Source of the DNA: Dehalococcoidales bacterium
GTDB taxonomy: Bacteria; Chloroflexota; Dehalococcoidia; Dehalococcoidales; JAFGLR01
Direction of reading: 5' to 3'
DNA length: 53,068 nt
Assembly (NCBI GenBank): GCA_016927955.1
Contig: JAFGLR010000025.1
Coordinates: 1 to 53,068 of the forward strand
Shown in pieces: positions 44,624-53,068 of the stretch. A program made the translations under genes and the position numbers. The notes beneath the pieces are model-generated. The model searched no databases. It worked only from the letters and a program-made list of their open reading frames with translations, and was not told the origin of the DNA. Each line of letters starts with the position of its first letter. Positions within the stretch are counted from its first letter, which is position 1.

Positions 44624-45139
44624 ATGGAAAGTAAGATACTGGTAGCGTATGGTTCTAAATACGGAGCTACGGCAGGAATCGCTCAGAAAATCGGGGAGAC
44701 TCTGCAACAGGAAGGTCTTAAGGTAGATATATTATCTGCAAAAAAAGTCACCGATATCAGCTCATATAAAGCGGTAGTTCTGGGCAGCGCGGCTTATATG
44801 TTCCAATGGCGTAAAGAAGTCGTAAAACTATTGCAGGATAAGGAAAACCAATTAGCGGAAAAGCCGGTATGGCTTTTTACCAGCGGTCCTCTAGAAGAAG
44901 GCGACCCCGTTAAACTGCTGGAAGGTAAAATTATTCCGAAGGCATTACAACCTGTACTTGACCGCATCAAGCCACGCGGCATTACCGTTTTCGGCGGTGC
45001 TATCGACCTGAATAAAGTGAATTTTTTTGAAAGATTTATTTTTAAGAGAGTGAAAGCATCCTCAGGCGATTTCCGTAACTGGGATACTATAACAACCTGG
45101 GCAAAAAGTATTGCAAACACGCTCAAGAATCCCGCTTAA
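44624..45139 (+). CDS. Flavodoxin-domain protein (HemG/Flavodoxin_5-like)
   Basis: 171 aa. The ILVAYGSKYGATAGIAQKI FMN-loop-like N-terminus and overall size are as in the flavodoxin-like HemG family. GAGGAGG SD. Confidence 0.7.
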   Translation: MESKILVAYGSKYGATAGIAQKIGETLQQEGLKVDILSAKKVTDISSYKAVVLGSAAYMFQWRKEVVKLLQDKENQLAEKPVWLFTSGPLEEGDPVKLLEGKIIPKALQPVLDRIKPRGITVFGGAIDLNKVNFFERFIFKRVKASSGDFRNWDTITTWAKSIANTLKNPA

Positions 45140-45228
45140 AATCGGGCAAAAAATAATTGAATATAATGTCTGTTAATTGATAAACTGGCGCAGTATAATA
45201 AACTGTATTCTTTTAAACGAGGGGAACC

Positions 45229-45690
45229 ATGAAAGTAATTTTTATCTGTGATGTTACCAATGTGGCAAAAGCCGGAGATATAAAAAACGTACCCGATGGC
45301 TATGCCCGTAATTATCTTTTACCCAAGAAACTGGCAGTGCTGGCTGATTCTAATACGACGGCACAGCGAACCCAAGCGCTGATAAAAGAGCAAAGAGAGG
45401 CTGCTGCCAAACAGGGAGAGATGAACGCCCTGGCTAAAGAAATCGACGGCAAAGAGGTAACCTTGAAAGCCCGTGCCGGTAAAGAAAAACTGTTCGGTTC
45501 GGTTACCAGTGCCGATATTTCCGCCGCTCTGGAGCGTACTTACAGCCTTGTTGTCGATAAGAAGAAAATAGAGTTACCCGAACCGATTCACCAGTTGGGC
45601 AGCTATGAAGTAGTAGTCAAGCTCGGAGCGGATATGAACCCGAAGTTAAAGGTAAACGTAGTGGAGGAGACTGAAAAGAGTGCCGAATGA
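45229..45690 (+). CDS. rplI: 50S ribosomal protein L9
   Basis: 153 aa. The MKVIFI.DV...G..G.I..V.DGYARNYLLPKKLA signature. Confidence 0.92.
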   Translation: MKVIFICDVTNVAKAGDIKNVPDGYARNYLLPKKLAVLADSNTTAQRTQALIKEQREAAAKQGEMNALAKEIDGKEVTLKARAGKEKLFGSVTSADISAALERTYSLVVDKKKIELPEPIHQLGSYEVVVKLGADMNPKLKVNVVEETEKSAE

Positions 45691-47056
45691 GAAGCTACCG
45701 CCTCATGACGTTGATGCGGAAGAAGCGGTTATCGGTTCACTCCTGATAGATGGTACGTCTCTGTATAAAATTACCATTAATTTGCAGCCGGTAGATTTTT
45801 ACAGCGAGCGTAATATGCTTGTATACGAGACCTGCCAGTCTCTTTATCAGCGTAATGAAACGATTAACCAGATAACGGTCGCCCAGGAACTGGCCCGTAA
45901 AGGCCGCCTGGAGACTTGCGGCGGGGCTGCCTACCTCAGTCATCTTATCTCGATATGCCCGACCTCGCTAGATATCGATACGTACGCTCAGATAGTGTTC
46001 CGGCTGGCGGCAATGCGCCGCCTGATAACTGCAGGAGCTCAGATTTCCGATATCGGCTACCAGGCCGACCCGGATGTCGATGGAGCTTTGAGTAAGGCGG
46101 AAGACTTACTGTTCAGAATGCATCACGGTCAGGGGCAGGACTTCCAACCGATACGGTCTATTCTCGATAAGTATTTCGAGCCGGGTACCGAACCTACCGA
46201 GGAAGAAATAGCATCAGGACACCCACACGGTCTTATGACCGGCTTTGCCGGTCTGGACGAACTCTTAGGCGGGTTACAACGTTCCGATTTGATTATTTTG
46301 GCCGCTCGTCCCAGTATGGGGAAAACGAGCCTGGCCCTTAATATTGCCCGTAATATTGCCGTCCAGCAAAAAGGTACCGTTGCCATGTTCAGTCTGGAAA
46401 TGGCTTGTGAACCACTGGTATTGCGTTTACTGTCCAGTGAGGCCGGGGTAGATAGCAAACGCATTCGCCTCGGCGTTCACCAGACGGAAGCGGAAGAAAA
46501 GCAGATAATTGAAGCTACCGGTATACTGTCCGAAGCCCCTATTTTTATTGATGATTCGCCGCGGCAACGCGTGGTCGAAATCAGAAGCAAAGCCCGCCGT
46601 CTCCATTTCGAACGCGGTATTGACTTGCTGATAATCGACCATCTCGGACTTGTTCAGGGTGACGGACGCTGGGAAAACCGTGTTCAGGAAATTAGCTACA
46701 TTTCACGGTCTCTTAAAGCTATTGCCCGCGAATTAAACGTGCCTCTGATTGCCCTGTCACAGCTCAGCCGTGCCTCGGAATGGCGTGCCGTCCACAAACC
46801 GCAGCTTTCCGACCTACGTGACAGCGGCAGTATCGAGCAGGATGCGGATGTAGTAGCTTTTATCTACCGGGATGAATATTATTTCGCTTCCCGCGAGGAA
46901 TGGGAGCGGGAACATCCGGATGAGGCTTATCCGCCGCCGGCGGAAATCATCGTCGCCAAACACCGTAACGGGCCTATCGGAGAAATTAAAGTGCGTTTCC
47001 GCCCTAACCTGGCCAGATTTGAAAATATCGCCACCGAAGAACCGATAACGCAATGA
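45680..47056 (+). CDS. dnaB: Replicative DNA helicase DnaB
   Basis: 458 aa. PPHDVDAEEAVIGSLLID N-terminus, Walker A ARPSMGKTS, IIDHL, SQLSR, KHRNGP. GTG start overlapping rplI. No intein-sized insertion. Confidence 0.92.
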   Translation: MPNEKLPPHDVDAEEAVIGSLLIDGTSLYKITINLQPVDFYSERNMLVYETCQSLYQRNETINQITVAQELARKGRLETCGGAAYLSHLISICPTSLDIDTYAQIVFRLAAMRRLITAGAQISDIGYQADPDVDGALSKAEDLLFRMHHGQGQDFQPIRSILDKYFEPGTEPTEEEIASGHPHGLMTGFAGLDELLGGLQRSDLIILAARPSMGKTSLALNIARNIAVQQKGTVAMFSLEMACEPLVLRLLSSEAGVDSKRIRLGVHQTEAEEKQIIEATGILSEAPIFIDDSPRQRVVEIRSKARRLHFERGIDLLIIDHLGLVQGDGRWENRVQEISYISRSLKAIARELNVPLIALSQLSRASEWRAVHKPQLSDLRDSGSIEQDADVVAFIYRDEYYFASREEWEREHPDEAYPPPAEIIVAKHRNGPIGEIKVRFRPNLARFENIATEEPITQ

Positions 47057-47769
47057 AACAGTTTAACGGCTTTCCCGTTAAAACAAAATATACACCCATA
47101 CCCAATATCTTCTTCAGCTCGGTTTTACCGGAAATATCAGATATTGCTGAGTTAAAGGTAACGTTGCATTTTTGGGAAATATTATATCCTAAAAAAGGTT
47201 ACCCGAAATATGTCAGCCGCAGCAAATTATTAAGTGATATCGCTCTGTTAAGAAGCCTGAAGGGACTTGGGCAAGAACCGGAAGCGGTTTTACAGAAAGC
47301 TCTGAAGTTAGCTGAGGGCCGTGGCACTATACTTCGGATAACTCTGGATAAAGACAGCACGGCAGAAGATATCTATTTGCTGAATACCGAGGCGGATAGA
47401 CAGGCGGCGGCCAAGATTCAAAGTGGTGAGTTAAAATTAACGGGTCTGGAAACCCGAACGGCTCCGGCTAACTTACCGGAGGAACAACCGGACGTTTTCC
47501 GGCTATATGAAGATAATATCGGGATGCTCACCCCGATAGTGGCAGATGAGCTTCGTGAAGCAGAAAAGCTCTACCCGGCAGATTGGATTCGGGATGCCTT
47601 TAAAGAAGCGGTAGTTAATAATAAACGGAACTGGCGGTACATCGCCAGGATACTGGAACGGTGGACAACCGAAGGTAAAAGTGATGGAACACATCGGCGA
47701 TATCTTAAAGAGGACAACGACCCGGACAAATACATCAAAGGGAAATACGGACATATCGTCCGCCGCTGA
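47053..47769 (+). CDS. DnaD-domain replication/primosome protein
   Basis: 238 aa. The C-terminal DnaD/DnaB_2-type domain (YEDNIGMLTPIVADELREAEKLYPADWIRDAFKEAVVNNKRNWRYIARILERW). ATGA overlap with the dnaB stop. Confidence 0.75.
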   Translation: MKQFNGFPVKTKYTPIPNIFFSSVLPEISDIAELKVTLHFWEILYPKKGYPKYVSRSKLLSDIALLRSLKGLGQEPEAVLQKALKLAEGRGTILRITLDKDSTAEDIYLLNTEADRQAAAKIQSGELKLTGLETRTAPANLPEEQPDVFRLYEDNIGMLTPIVADELREAEKLYPADWIRDAFKEAVVNNKRNWRYIARILERWTTEGKSDGTHRRYLKEDNDPDKYIKGKYGHIVRR

Positions 47770-49114
47770 AATAACGGAAAGGACGGGAGAATCATCCTGT
47801 CCCCTTTGTAACGGTTCCGGTTACGTTCATCCGTTGCTGGCCTCGGGCAAGCCGGACTTTAGTCGCGTGGTCGTCTGCCAATGTACCAAAACCAAATTCT
47901 CTAAAGATCGCCAGAGCCGGTTGCAGCGATACAGTAATCTCGGCTCGCTCACCAGCCTGACTTTCGATAGGCTATCTCCGGAAGGCCGCAGTGGTAACCC
48001 GGACAGCCAGCAGCGCTGCCGGGAGGCCTATCAGGAGGCACGACAATTTGCGGCATCACCTGATGGCTGGCTCATCTTCGTCGGACCGCCCGGCAGCGGG
48101 AAAACTCACCTCGCCGCCGCTATAGTCAACGAACGGATTAATAACGGACTACCGGCCTTTTTTATTACGACTCCCGACCTCCTCGACCACCTGCGTTCTG
48201 CTTTCAATCCGAACAGCGAGATGCCCTACGACGAGCTATTTGAGAGGGTCAAGAACTCTCCTCTGCTGATACTCGATGACTTCGGAGTTCAAGCTAGTAC
48301 CCCCTGGGCAAAAGAGAAGCTGGACCAGCTATTGAATCACCGTTTTAATAATGAGCTACCTGCGGTAATCACCACCGCTATCCAGATAGACGATATGGAT
48401 GAAAATATCCGTGCCCGTTTTACCGACCCACAGAAATGCCGGATTCTTATTATCGAAGATAAACGGGCTTTAAGCAATAATTATGACTGGCCGCCGGAGT
48501 TCAAGCTGCAAAAAAGCATGACATTCGAAAACTTCGACTGGCATCGGAGGAACCTCCCTGCCGAGCAGCAGGAAAATCTGGCAGAAGCCTACCGGCTGGC
48601 CTTCGATTTCGCTAAAGAACCGGAGGGCTGGCTGGTCTTTATGGGCGTTACCGGCTGCGGTAAAACTCACCTTGCTTCTGCCATTGTGAACTACCGTTAC
48701 CAGGCTAAACAACCGGGCTTATTTATCGTCGTACCGGAATTTCTCGACCACCTGCGTTCTACATTCGGACCGGATAGCAAAGTATCTTACGACCAGGTTT
48801 TCGAGAGGGTTAAAAAAGCACCCTTACTTGTGCTGGATGATTTCGGGGAACAGTCCACGACACCATGGGCACAGGAAAAACTGTACCAGGTTATTAACTA
48901 TCGTTATAACGCCCGGTCAGCCACTGTCATTACAACACGTTATTCTCTGGACGAAATCATGGAGCGGGTTGAAAGCACTATCAGTTCCCGGCTCAGCGAC
49001 CCGAAAATCAGCACACTTTGGAATATAACCGTACCGGACTATCGAACTACGTTAACCCCTTCCGCTAAGAAAAATGCCCGGCGTAACAGCCGGTCATCCG
49101 GGCGCTGGGATTAG
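47684..49114 (+). CDS. Helicase-loader-like protein with an N-terminal zinc ribbon and two tandem DnaC/DnaI-type AAA+ modules
   Basis: 476 aa. CPLCNGSG...CQC. Module 1 has GPPGSGKTHLAAAI plus LLILDDFG. Module 2 has GVTGCGKTHLASAI plus LLVLDDFG. The only in-frame starts before the zinc ribbon are GTG 47681 and ATG 47684, so it overlaps the DnaD-like gene by 86 nt. Confidence 0.8.
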   Translation: MEHIGDILKRTTTRTNTSKGNTDISSAAEITERTGESSCPLCNGSGYVHPLLASGKPDFSRVVVCQCTKTKFSKDRQSRLQRYSNLGSLTSLTFDRLSPEGRSGNPDSQQRCREAYQEARQFAASPDGWLIFVGPPGSGKTHLAAAIVNERINNGLPAFFITTPDLLDHLRSAFNPNSEMPYDELFERVKNSPLLILDDFGVQASTPWAKEKLDQLLNHRFNNELPAVITTAIQIDDMDENIRARFTDPQKCRILIIEDKRALSNNYDWPPEFKLQKSMTFENFDWHRRNLPAEQQENLAEAYRLAFDFAKEPEGWLVFMGVTGCGKTHLASAIVNYRYQAKQPGLFIVVPEFLDHLRSTFGPDSKVSYDQVFERVKKAPLLVLDDFGEQSTTPWAQEKLYQVINYRYNARSATVITTRYSLDEIMERVESTISSRLSDPKISTLWNITVPDYRTTLTPSAKKNARRNSRSSGRWD

Positions 49115-49178
49115 GGCCATTCAGTCTCAATAACGCAAAACTTGTATCTAATTTGTACTTGGAATAAAATTAAGTTAT

Positions 49179-49700
49179 ATGGGTGTAGACGGTAAGCTTA
49201 CCAATCTACCGGTACTGGTCTTGAACCAGAGTTACGAACCCCTGAATATCTGCCGGGTACGGCGGGCAGTGGTCTTAATCCAGGGCGGTAAAGCTGAACT
49301 GCTGGAAAACGGCGTCGGTTATCTTCACTCGGCCCTGGATTTATTCTCCATACCATCGGTCATCCGCTTATCAGTGATGATAAAGCGGCCCCGGGCAGAG
49401 CGTAGAATGACGCGCTTTGAAATTTTTAACCGCGACCACTATACCTGCCAGTACTGCGGTAAAAAGACCCACCAGCTAACCCTGGACCATGTAATGCCGC
49501 GGCACCGTAAAGGTGAACATACCTGGGAAAATGTCGTCAGTGCCTGTATAGCCTGCAACCGGCATAAAGCGGGACGGACTCCCGAGGAAGCCAATATGAA
49601 ACTGGCACGGAAACCCACCCGGCCGCATAACACCGGAATATTCAATGTTCCATACCAGTTACGTAATAAGACAGAATGGCAAAAATACCTGCTGCAGTAA
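49179..49700 (+). CDS. HNH endonuclease family protein
   Basis: 173 aa. YTCQYCGKK...LTLDHVMPRHRKGEHTWENVVSACIACNRHK is a complete HNH/zinc-finger motif. Confidence 0.85.
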   Translation: MGVDGKLTNLPVLVLNQSYEPLNICRVRRAVVLIQGGKAELLENGVGYLHSALDLFSIPSVIRLSVMIKRPRAERRMTRFEIFNRDHYTCQYCGKKTHQLTLDHVMPRHRKGEHTWENVVSACIACNRHKAGRTPEEANMKLARKPTRPHNTGIFNVPYQLRNKTEWQKYLLQ

Positions 49701-49701
49701 A

Positions 49702-50511
49702 CTAAGCGGCAGGGGGCGGATTATCCGTTCCGGTATCGATAACATTACCCGGCTCTTCTGGTTCTTTATCCCGGGCAATCTCCTCAACGGGAATTTCCTC
49801 TGACGTTTCGATGGCTTCTTCCGCAGGCATATCCGAGGTTGCGGTGGGTTTTGCCTTAACTTTCAATGACGGGTCGGCTTCATAAGATAAACAGCATAAC
49901 AAACGACCGCAGGAGCCGGCGATTTTCATCGGGTTCAGCGGCAGGTTCTGTTGTTTTGCCATCTTTATCGAGACCGGGGCGAATTCGTTGAGGAAACTGG
50001 CACAACACAGGGGACGTCCGCAGCGGCCATAGCCGCCGACCAGTTTAGCTTCATCACGGGGACCTACCTGGCGTAACTCAACTCTAAGTTTAAAATGGGA
50101 GTTCAGTTCCTTAACCAATTCGCGGAAGTCCACTCTCTCTGCGGCTTTGAAATAAATCGTCAGGTGATTACCTTCCAGGTTATACTCCGCCATAATCAGT
50201 TTCATCGGCAGGTTCAGTTTCGTAACCTGTTGAGCGGCCTCTGCCAGTACCTCGATTTCCTTGTCGCCGAATTCTTCCGCTCGTTTGATATCTTCCGGAG
50301 TCGCCTTACGGACAATCGGTTTCGGCGGTTCGGGCAACTCACTCGAAAGGACCTGATGCGGAGCGTTAACGACCTGCCCCAACTTAAGACCGCGCGGCGT
50401 ACTGACCACTACGTAATCATTAGCTTTCAATTCAATACCGGCGGGGTCAAAGGAATATATCCGCCCGGCCCTTTTATACCTTATTCCAACAATGCTTATG
50501 GTTTCATTCAT
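49702..50511 (-). CDS. ricT: PSP1-domain protein RicT/YaaT
   Basis: 269 aa. The PSP1 domain with GRCGRPLCCASFL and GSCGRLLCCLSYE cysteine motifs. Acidic, Pro-rich tail. ATGA-type 1-nt junction with holB. Confidence 0.85.
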   Translation of the reverse strand: MNETISIVGIRYKRAGRIYSFDPAGIELKANDYVVVSTPRGLKLGQVVNAPHQVLSSELPEPPKPIVRKATPEDIKRAEEFGDKEIEVLAEAAQQVTKLNLPMKLIMAEYNLEGNHLTIYFKAAERVDFRELVKELNSHFKLRVELRQVGPRDEAKLVGGYGRCGRPLCCASFLNEFAPVSIKMAKQQNLPLNPMKIAGSCGRLLCCLSYEADPSLKVKAKPTATSDMPAEEAIETSEEIPVEEIARDKEPEEPGNVIDTGTDNPPPAA

Positions 50512-51521
50512 TATTTTCTCCCGGGTATGTTAAACATCAGTACTTCCAGAACGAGCCGTGGGCTGGCGTTTTTATCCAACTGGGTCATCGCTTCCTGAAG
50601 TTTTTTGATGAATAAACGTATTTCGCTTAGAGTATAATCTTCCGCAATACGGCTGATTTCTTTGGCATAATCGATATTAGTAATTCTATCATCGCTACCG
50701 ACTTTTACCAGCATCAGGTCGCGCCACCAGTCCAGCCATAATTCCAGTTCATCCGACACGGAATGCCGGTCCTTACTGAAACGGTTCGCCATCTGGTCGG
50801 CATAGGCAAACCGTTCGGTAATACCGGCATTAAGCACTCCAATAATGTTCTCCAGCTTCGCTTTTCGTTCGTCTAATAAGCTATCGTTCTGAGCCGTGGT
50901 GACCGCCCAGCCCAAACAGCCGTGCGATAGCCGGGATAACAATTTGGCTTTAGGTGATTCGATTTGCCAGCGTTCCTGAAGTACCGTATCCATTTTTTCC
51001 GGAGCAATCGGCAGCAATTCCAGTTTCTGGCAGCGAGAAATCACGGTAAGGGGTAACAGCTGCTCATTAGTCGTCAGCAAAATATAGATAATCTTATCGG
51101 CCGGTTCTTCCAGGGTTTTTAAAAGGCAATTAGCCGCCTCGTTGGATAGCCTTTCCGCACCGTCGACAATGAAAACCTTATACTTACCCTCAAAAGGGGG
51201 CAGACTGGCATCATGCTGTATCGCCCTGACCTGGTCGATACTTATTTCGGTTTTAGTTTTCGCTTCCTTACCGTTACCGGGAGACAAACCGATGACCTGT
51301 ACATCGGCATGTTTTCCAGCGGCTATTTTACGACAGACATTACACTCACCGCAGGGCGGCTCCGACGCCTCGCAGTTCAATGCCTGGGCCAGCGTTAGAG
51401 CTAAAGTCATCTTGCCGACGTGTGCCGGTCCTACCAGAAGATAGGCATTGGGAAGCCGGCCTCTTTCGAGGCTGCTCTTTAACAACGGGACTGACCGGGA
51501 ACGTTCAACTACCTGCCACAC
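50511..51521 (-). CDS. holB: DNA polymerase III subunit delta' (HolB)
   Basis: 336 aa. AYLLVGPAHVGKMTLA P-loop variant, zinc module CGECNVCRKI, and SRCQ sensor motif. Confidence 0.85.
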   Translation of the reverse strand: MWQVVERSRSVPLLKSSLERGRLPNAYLLVGPAHVGKMTLALTLAQALNCEASEPPCGECNVCRKIAAGKHADVQVIGLSPGNGKEAKTKTEISIDQVRAIQHDASLPPFEGKYKVFIVDGAERLSNEAANCLLKTLEEPADKIIYILLTTNEQLLPLTVISRCQKLELLPIAPEKMDTVLQERWQIESPKAKLLSRLSHGCLGWAVTTAQNDSLLDERKAKLENIIGVLNAGITERFAYADQMANRFSKDRHSVSDELELWLDWWRDLMLVKVGSDDRITNIDYAKEISRIAEDYTLSEIRLFIKKLQEAMTQLDKNASPRLVLEVLMFNIPGRK

Positions 51522-51553
51522 AATAATAGATCCTAAATCTTAATTTCTGAACA

Positions 51554-52870
51554 TTAAACGAAATCAGTGCTCACCAGGTCTTTGTAGGTCTCGCGCCTGC
51601 GAATCAGACGTGCCTGGCCGTCCTTGACCATAACGATAGCCGGTTTTAATGAGGCGTTATAGTTTGAAGCCATAGGAATACAATAAGCACCGCAAGAAGG
51701 TATTGCAATGATATCACCGGCTGTTATTTCCGGTAAATCTATATCACGAATCAGGATATCACCGGACTCGCAATACTTTCCGGCAATAGTGACTTTTTGC
51801 GTATCATTCTCGCTGACTTTATTAGCCGCGACCGCTTCATACTTCGCATCATATATCGCCGGACGTATATTATCCCCCATACCACCGTCCACACAAGCAA
51901 AAGTACGCACGCCGGGTACTTCTTTAATAGCACCGACAGTGTATAGTGCTACACCGGACTGCCCGACCATAGAACGCCCCGGCTCGATAAGAAGCTCGGG
52001 CGGATTCAATTTGAGTTCTTTACACTTAGCAGCCATTCTGGAAGTAATTGCCTCGGCATAAGCAGCCACCGGCGGAGCCGGATTGTCTACCACATATTGC
52101 AGAGCAAACCCGCCGCCGATATCCAATTGCTGCAACTCGAAGCTGTATTTCTGCTTCATTTCCACGGCAAACTTTAGCATGTTGTCCACGGCATCTAAAA
52201 ACGGCTGTACTTCAAATATCGACGAGCCGATATGGCAATGCAAACCTACCAGATTAACATTGGGTGAGGCTAAAGCCTTGCTAACCGCTTCCCCACCATA
52301 AGACAGCGGAAAACCAAACTTACTATCGGTAACACCGGTGGATAAAAACCGGTGGGTATGGGCGTCGATATTCGGGGTTAAGCGCAGCAGAATAGACGGC
52401 CTGACTCTTAGCTTTCCGGCAAGCTCGTTAAGAACTGCCATCTCTTGGAAATTATCCACCACAATATGCCCGATACCCCATTCTATAGCCAGATATAGCT
52501 CTTCAGCCGACTTATTATTGCCGTGAAAATAAACCTGCTGCATCGGAAAACCGGCAGCACGGGCAATACTGAATTCACCGGCAGATACTGCATCGAGCCA
52601 GATACCTTCTTCTTTTAAAATTCCGGCGATGGCCTTATTGAGGAATGCTTTGGAAGCATACACGACCGTGGTTCTGGCGTATCGCTTGCCGAACTCCTGC
52701 TTGAACTCCCGGCACTTATTCCGCAGCCCGGTTTCATCGAAAACGTAGAGCGGTGTGCCAAATTCAGTTGCCAGAGCAACGGTATCAAAACCGCCGATTG
52801 TCAGATGACCCTTTTGATTCAACTCGGTAGTAGCCGGGAATAAAGCTAAACGCGGAATTTGCTTCGTCAT
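51554..52870 (-). CDS. lysA: Diaminopimelate decarboxylase
   Basis: PLP-lysine context VVYASKAF, HCHIGS, GGG, and CESGD near the C-terminus. ATG at 52870 is preferred (AGAGAGGA 7 nt upstream) over 52876. Confidence 0.9.
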   Translation of the reverse strand: MTKQIPRLALFPATTELNQKGHLTIGGFDTVALATEFGTPLYVFDETGLRNKCREFKQEFGKRYARTTVVYASKAFLNKAIAGILKEEGIWLDAVSAGEFSIARAAGFPMQQVYFHGNNKSAEELYLAIEWGIGHIVVDNFQEMAVLNELAGKLRVRPSILLRLTPNIDAHTHRFLSTGVTDSKFGFPLSYGGEAVSKALASPNVNLVGLHCHIGSSIFEVQPFLDAVDNMLKFAVEMKQKYSFELQQLDIGGGFALQYVVDNPAPPVAAYAEAITSRMAAKCKELKLNPPELLIEPGRSMVGQSGVALYTVGAIKEVPGVRTFACVDGGMGDNIRPAIYDAKYEAVAANKVSENDTQKVTIAGKYCESGDILIRDIDLPEITAGDIIAIPSCGAYCIPMASNYNASLKPAIVMVKDGQARLIRRRETYKDLVSTDFV

Positions 52871-53068
52871 AATCATATCCTCTCTAATAACTCAATGTTA
52901 CCAGTGGGCTATTCTTTAGTCAATTTATTGAAGATAATACGCAGATTCAATAATTTATGTTTTAGAATTTCCGACTAATACCCTGTTGTTGTCCAGTGAA
53001 AATGTCACCCTTAATGTTCTGAGAATTTGTCACCCCCCTACTTATCAATAAATATTCTATATTTACTC

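Noticed and set aside
45680-47056. Intein or mobile insertion in dnaB.
   Set aside because: - The length (458 aa) is standard.
- The helicase motifs are contiguous.
- There is no Cys/Ser-...-HN splice-junction block.
157-50598. Dozens of 60 to 170-aa ORFs in the six-frame track nested antisense or out of frame inside the large genes. Examples: 157..399, 2078..2413, 12669..12998, 13542..13868, 31238..31579, 32274..32675, 37997..38395, 50095..50598.
   Set aside because: - Each lies entirely within a longer ORF that has strong family motifs.
- Their products are Arg/Ser/Pro-rich or low-complexity.
- They lack SD sequences.
- This is typical shadow-ORF behaviour.
52877-53068. Lysine (L-box) riboswitch upstream of lysA.
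   Set aside because: - No AGAGGCGC-type core or multi-stem junction is recognisable.
- The region is truncated by the window edge.
1-53068. CRISPR arrays, transposases/integrases, prophage genes, rRNA/tRNA genes, or canonical defence systems.
   Set aside because: - No regularly spaced direct repeats were found.
- No recombinase-like ORFs and no structural RNA signatures were found.
- The single HNH nuclease (49179..49700) has no partner genes suggestive of a restriction or defence operon.

Overview
This is a densely coding 53-kb chromosomal window with about 55 protein genes. I found no rRNA, tRNA, CRISPR array, transposase or integrase. The gene content suggests an anaerobic Chloroflexi/Dehalococcoidia-like bacterium: a bacterial Elp3, an Mbh-ordered Mrp cluster and benzoyl-CoA lower-pathway genes. 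That taxonomy is inference only.

- **Left third (154..17561), ion and osmotic homeostasis:** TreT-like trehalose synthase, KtrAB, a TetR plus ABC-2 exporter, an orphan OmpR-type regulator, a tandem USP and an 11-gene Mrp antiporter.
- **Middle (17647..34294), acyl-CoA catabolism:** two adjacent acyl-CoA dehydrogenases, a CoA-transferase, an orphan 7TM-PAS histidine kinase, a had-oah-dch set (alicyclic ring hydrolysis of the anaerobic benzoyl-CoA pathway), a D-2-hydroxyacid dehydrogenase, a thiolase, an SDR and asd.
- **Right third, part 1:** a divergent Elp3 / Trm9-like methyltransferase pair. The methyltransferase heads a plus-strand run of tautomerase, M20 hydrolase, two DUF2229/HgdAB-like subunits and an HgdC-type ATPase.
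- **Right third, part 2:** a translationally coupled plsX-trxA-yuzD-like-trxB block plus a flavodoxin.
- **Right third, part 3:** housekeeping replication genes (rplI, dnaB, a DnaD-like gene and an internally duplicated DnaC-like loader), an HNH nuclease, ricT, holB and lysA.

**Most interesting candidate:** the split three-gene BCR/HAD-superfamily radical-enzyme module at 38873..41923. Its substrate is unknown.

**ORFs missed by the six-frame track:**
- A zinc-ribbon/DUF4190 gene with no canonical start codon (probable ATT start).
- A 53-aa zinc-ribbon gene.
- A frameshifted HD-GYP gene relic.

All functional calls rest on motif recognition by eye. No searches were run.
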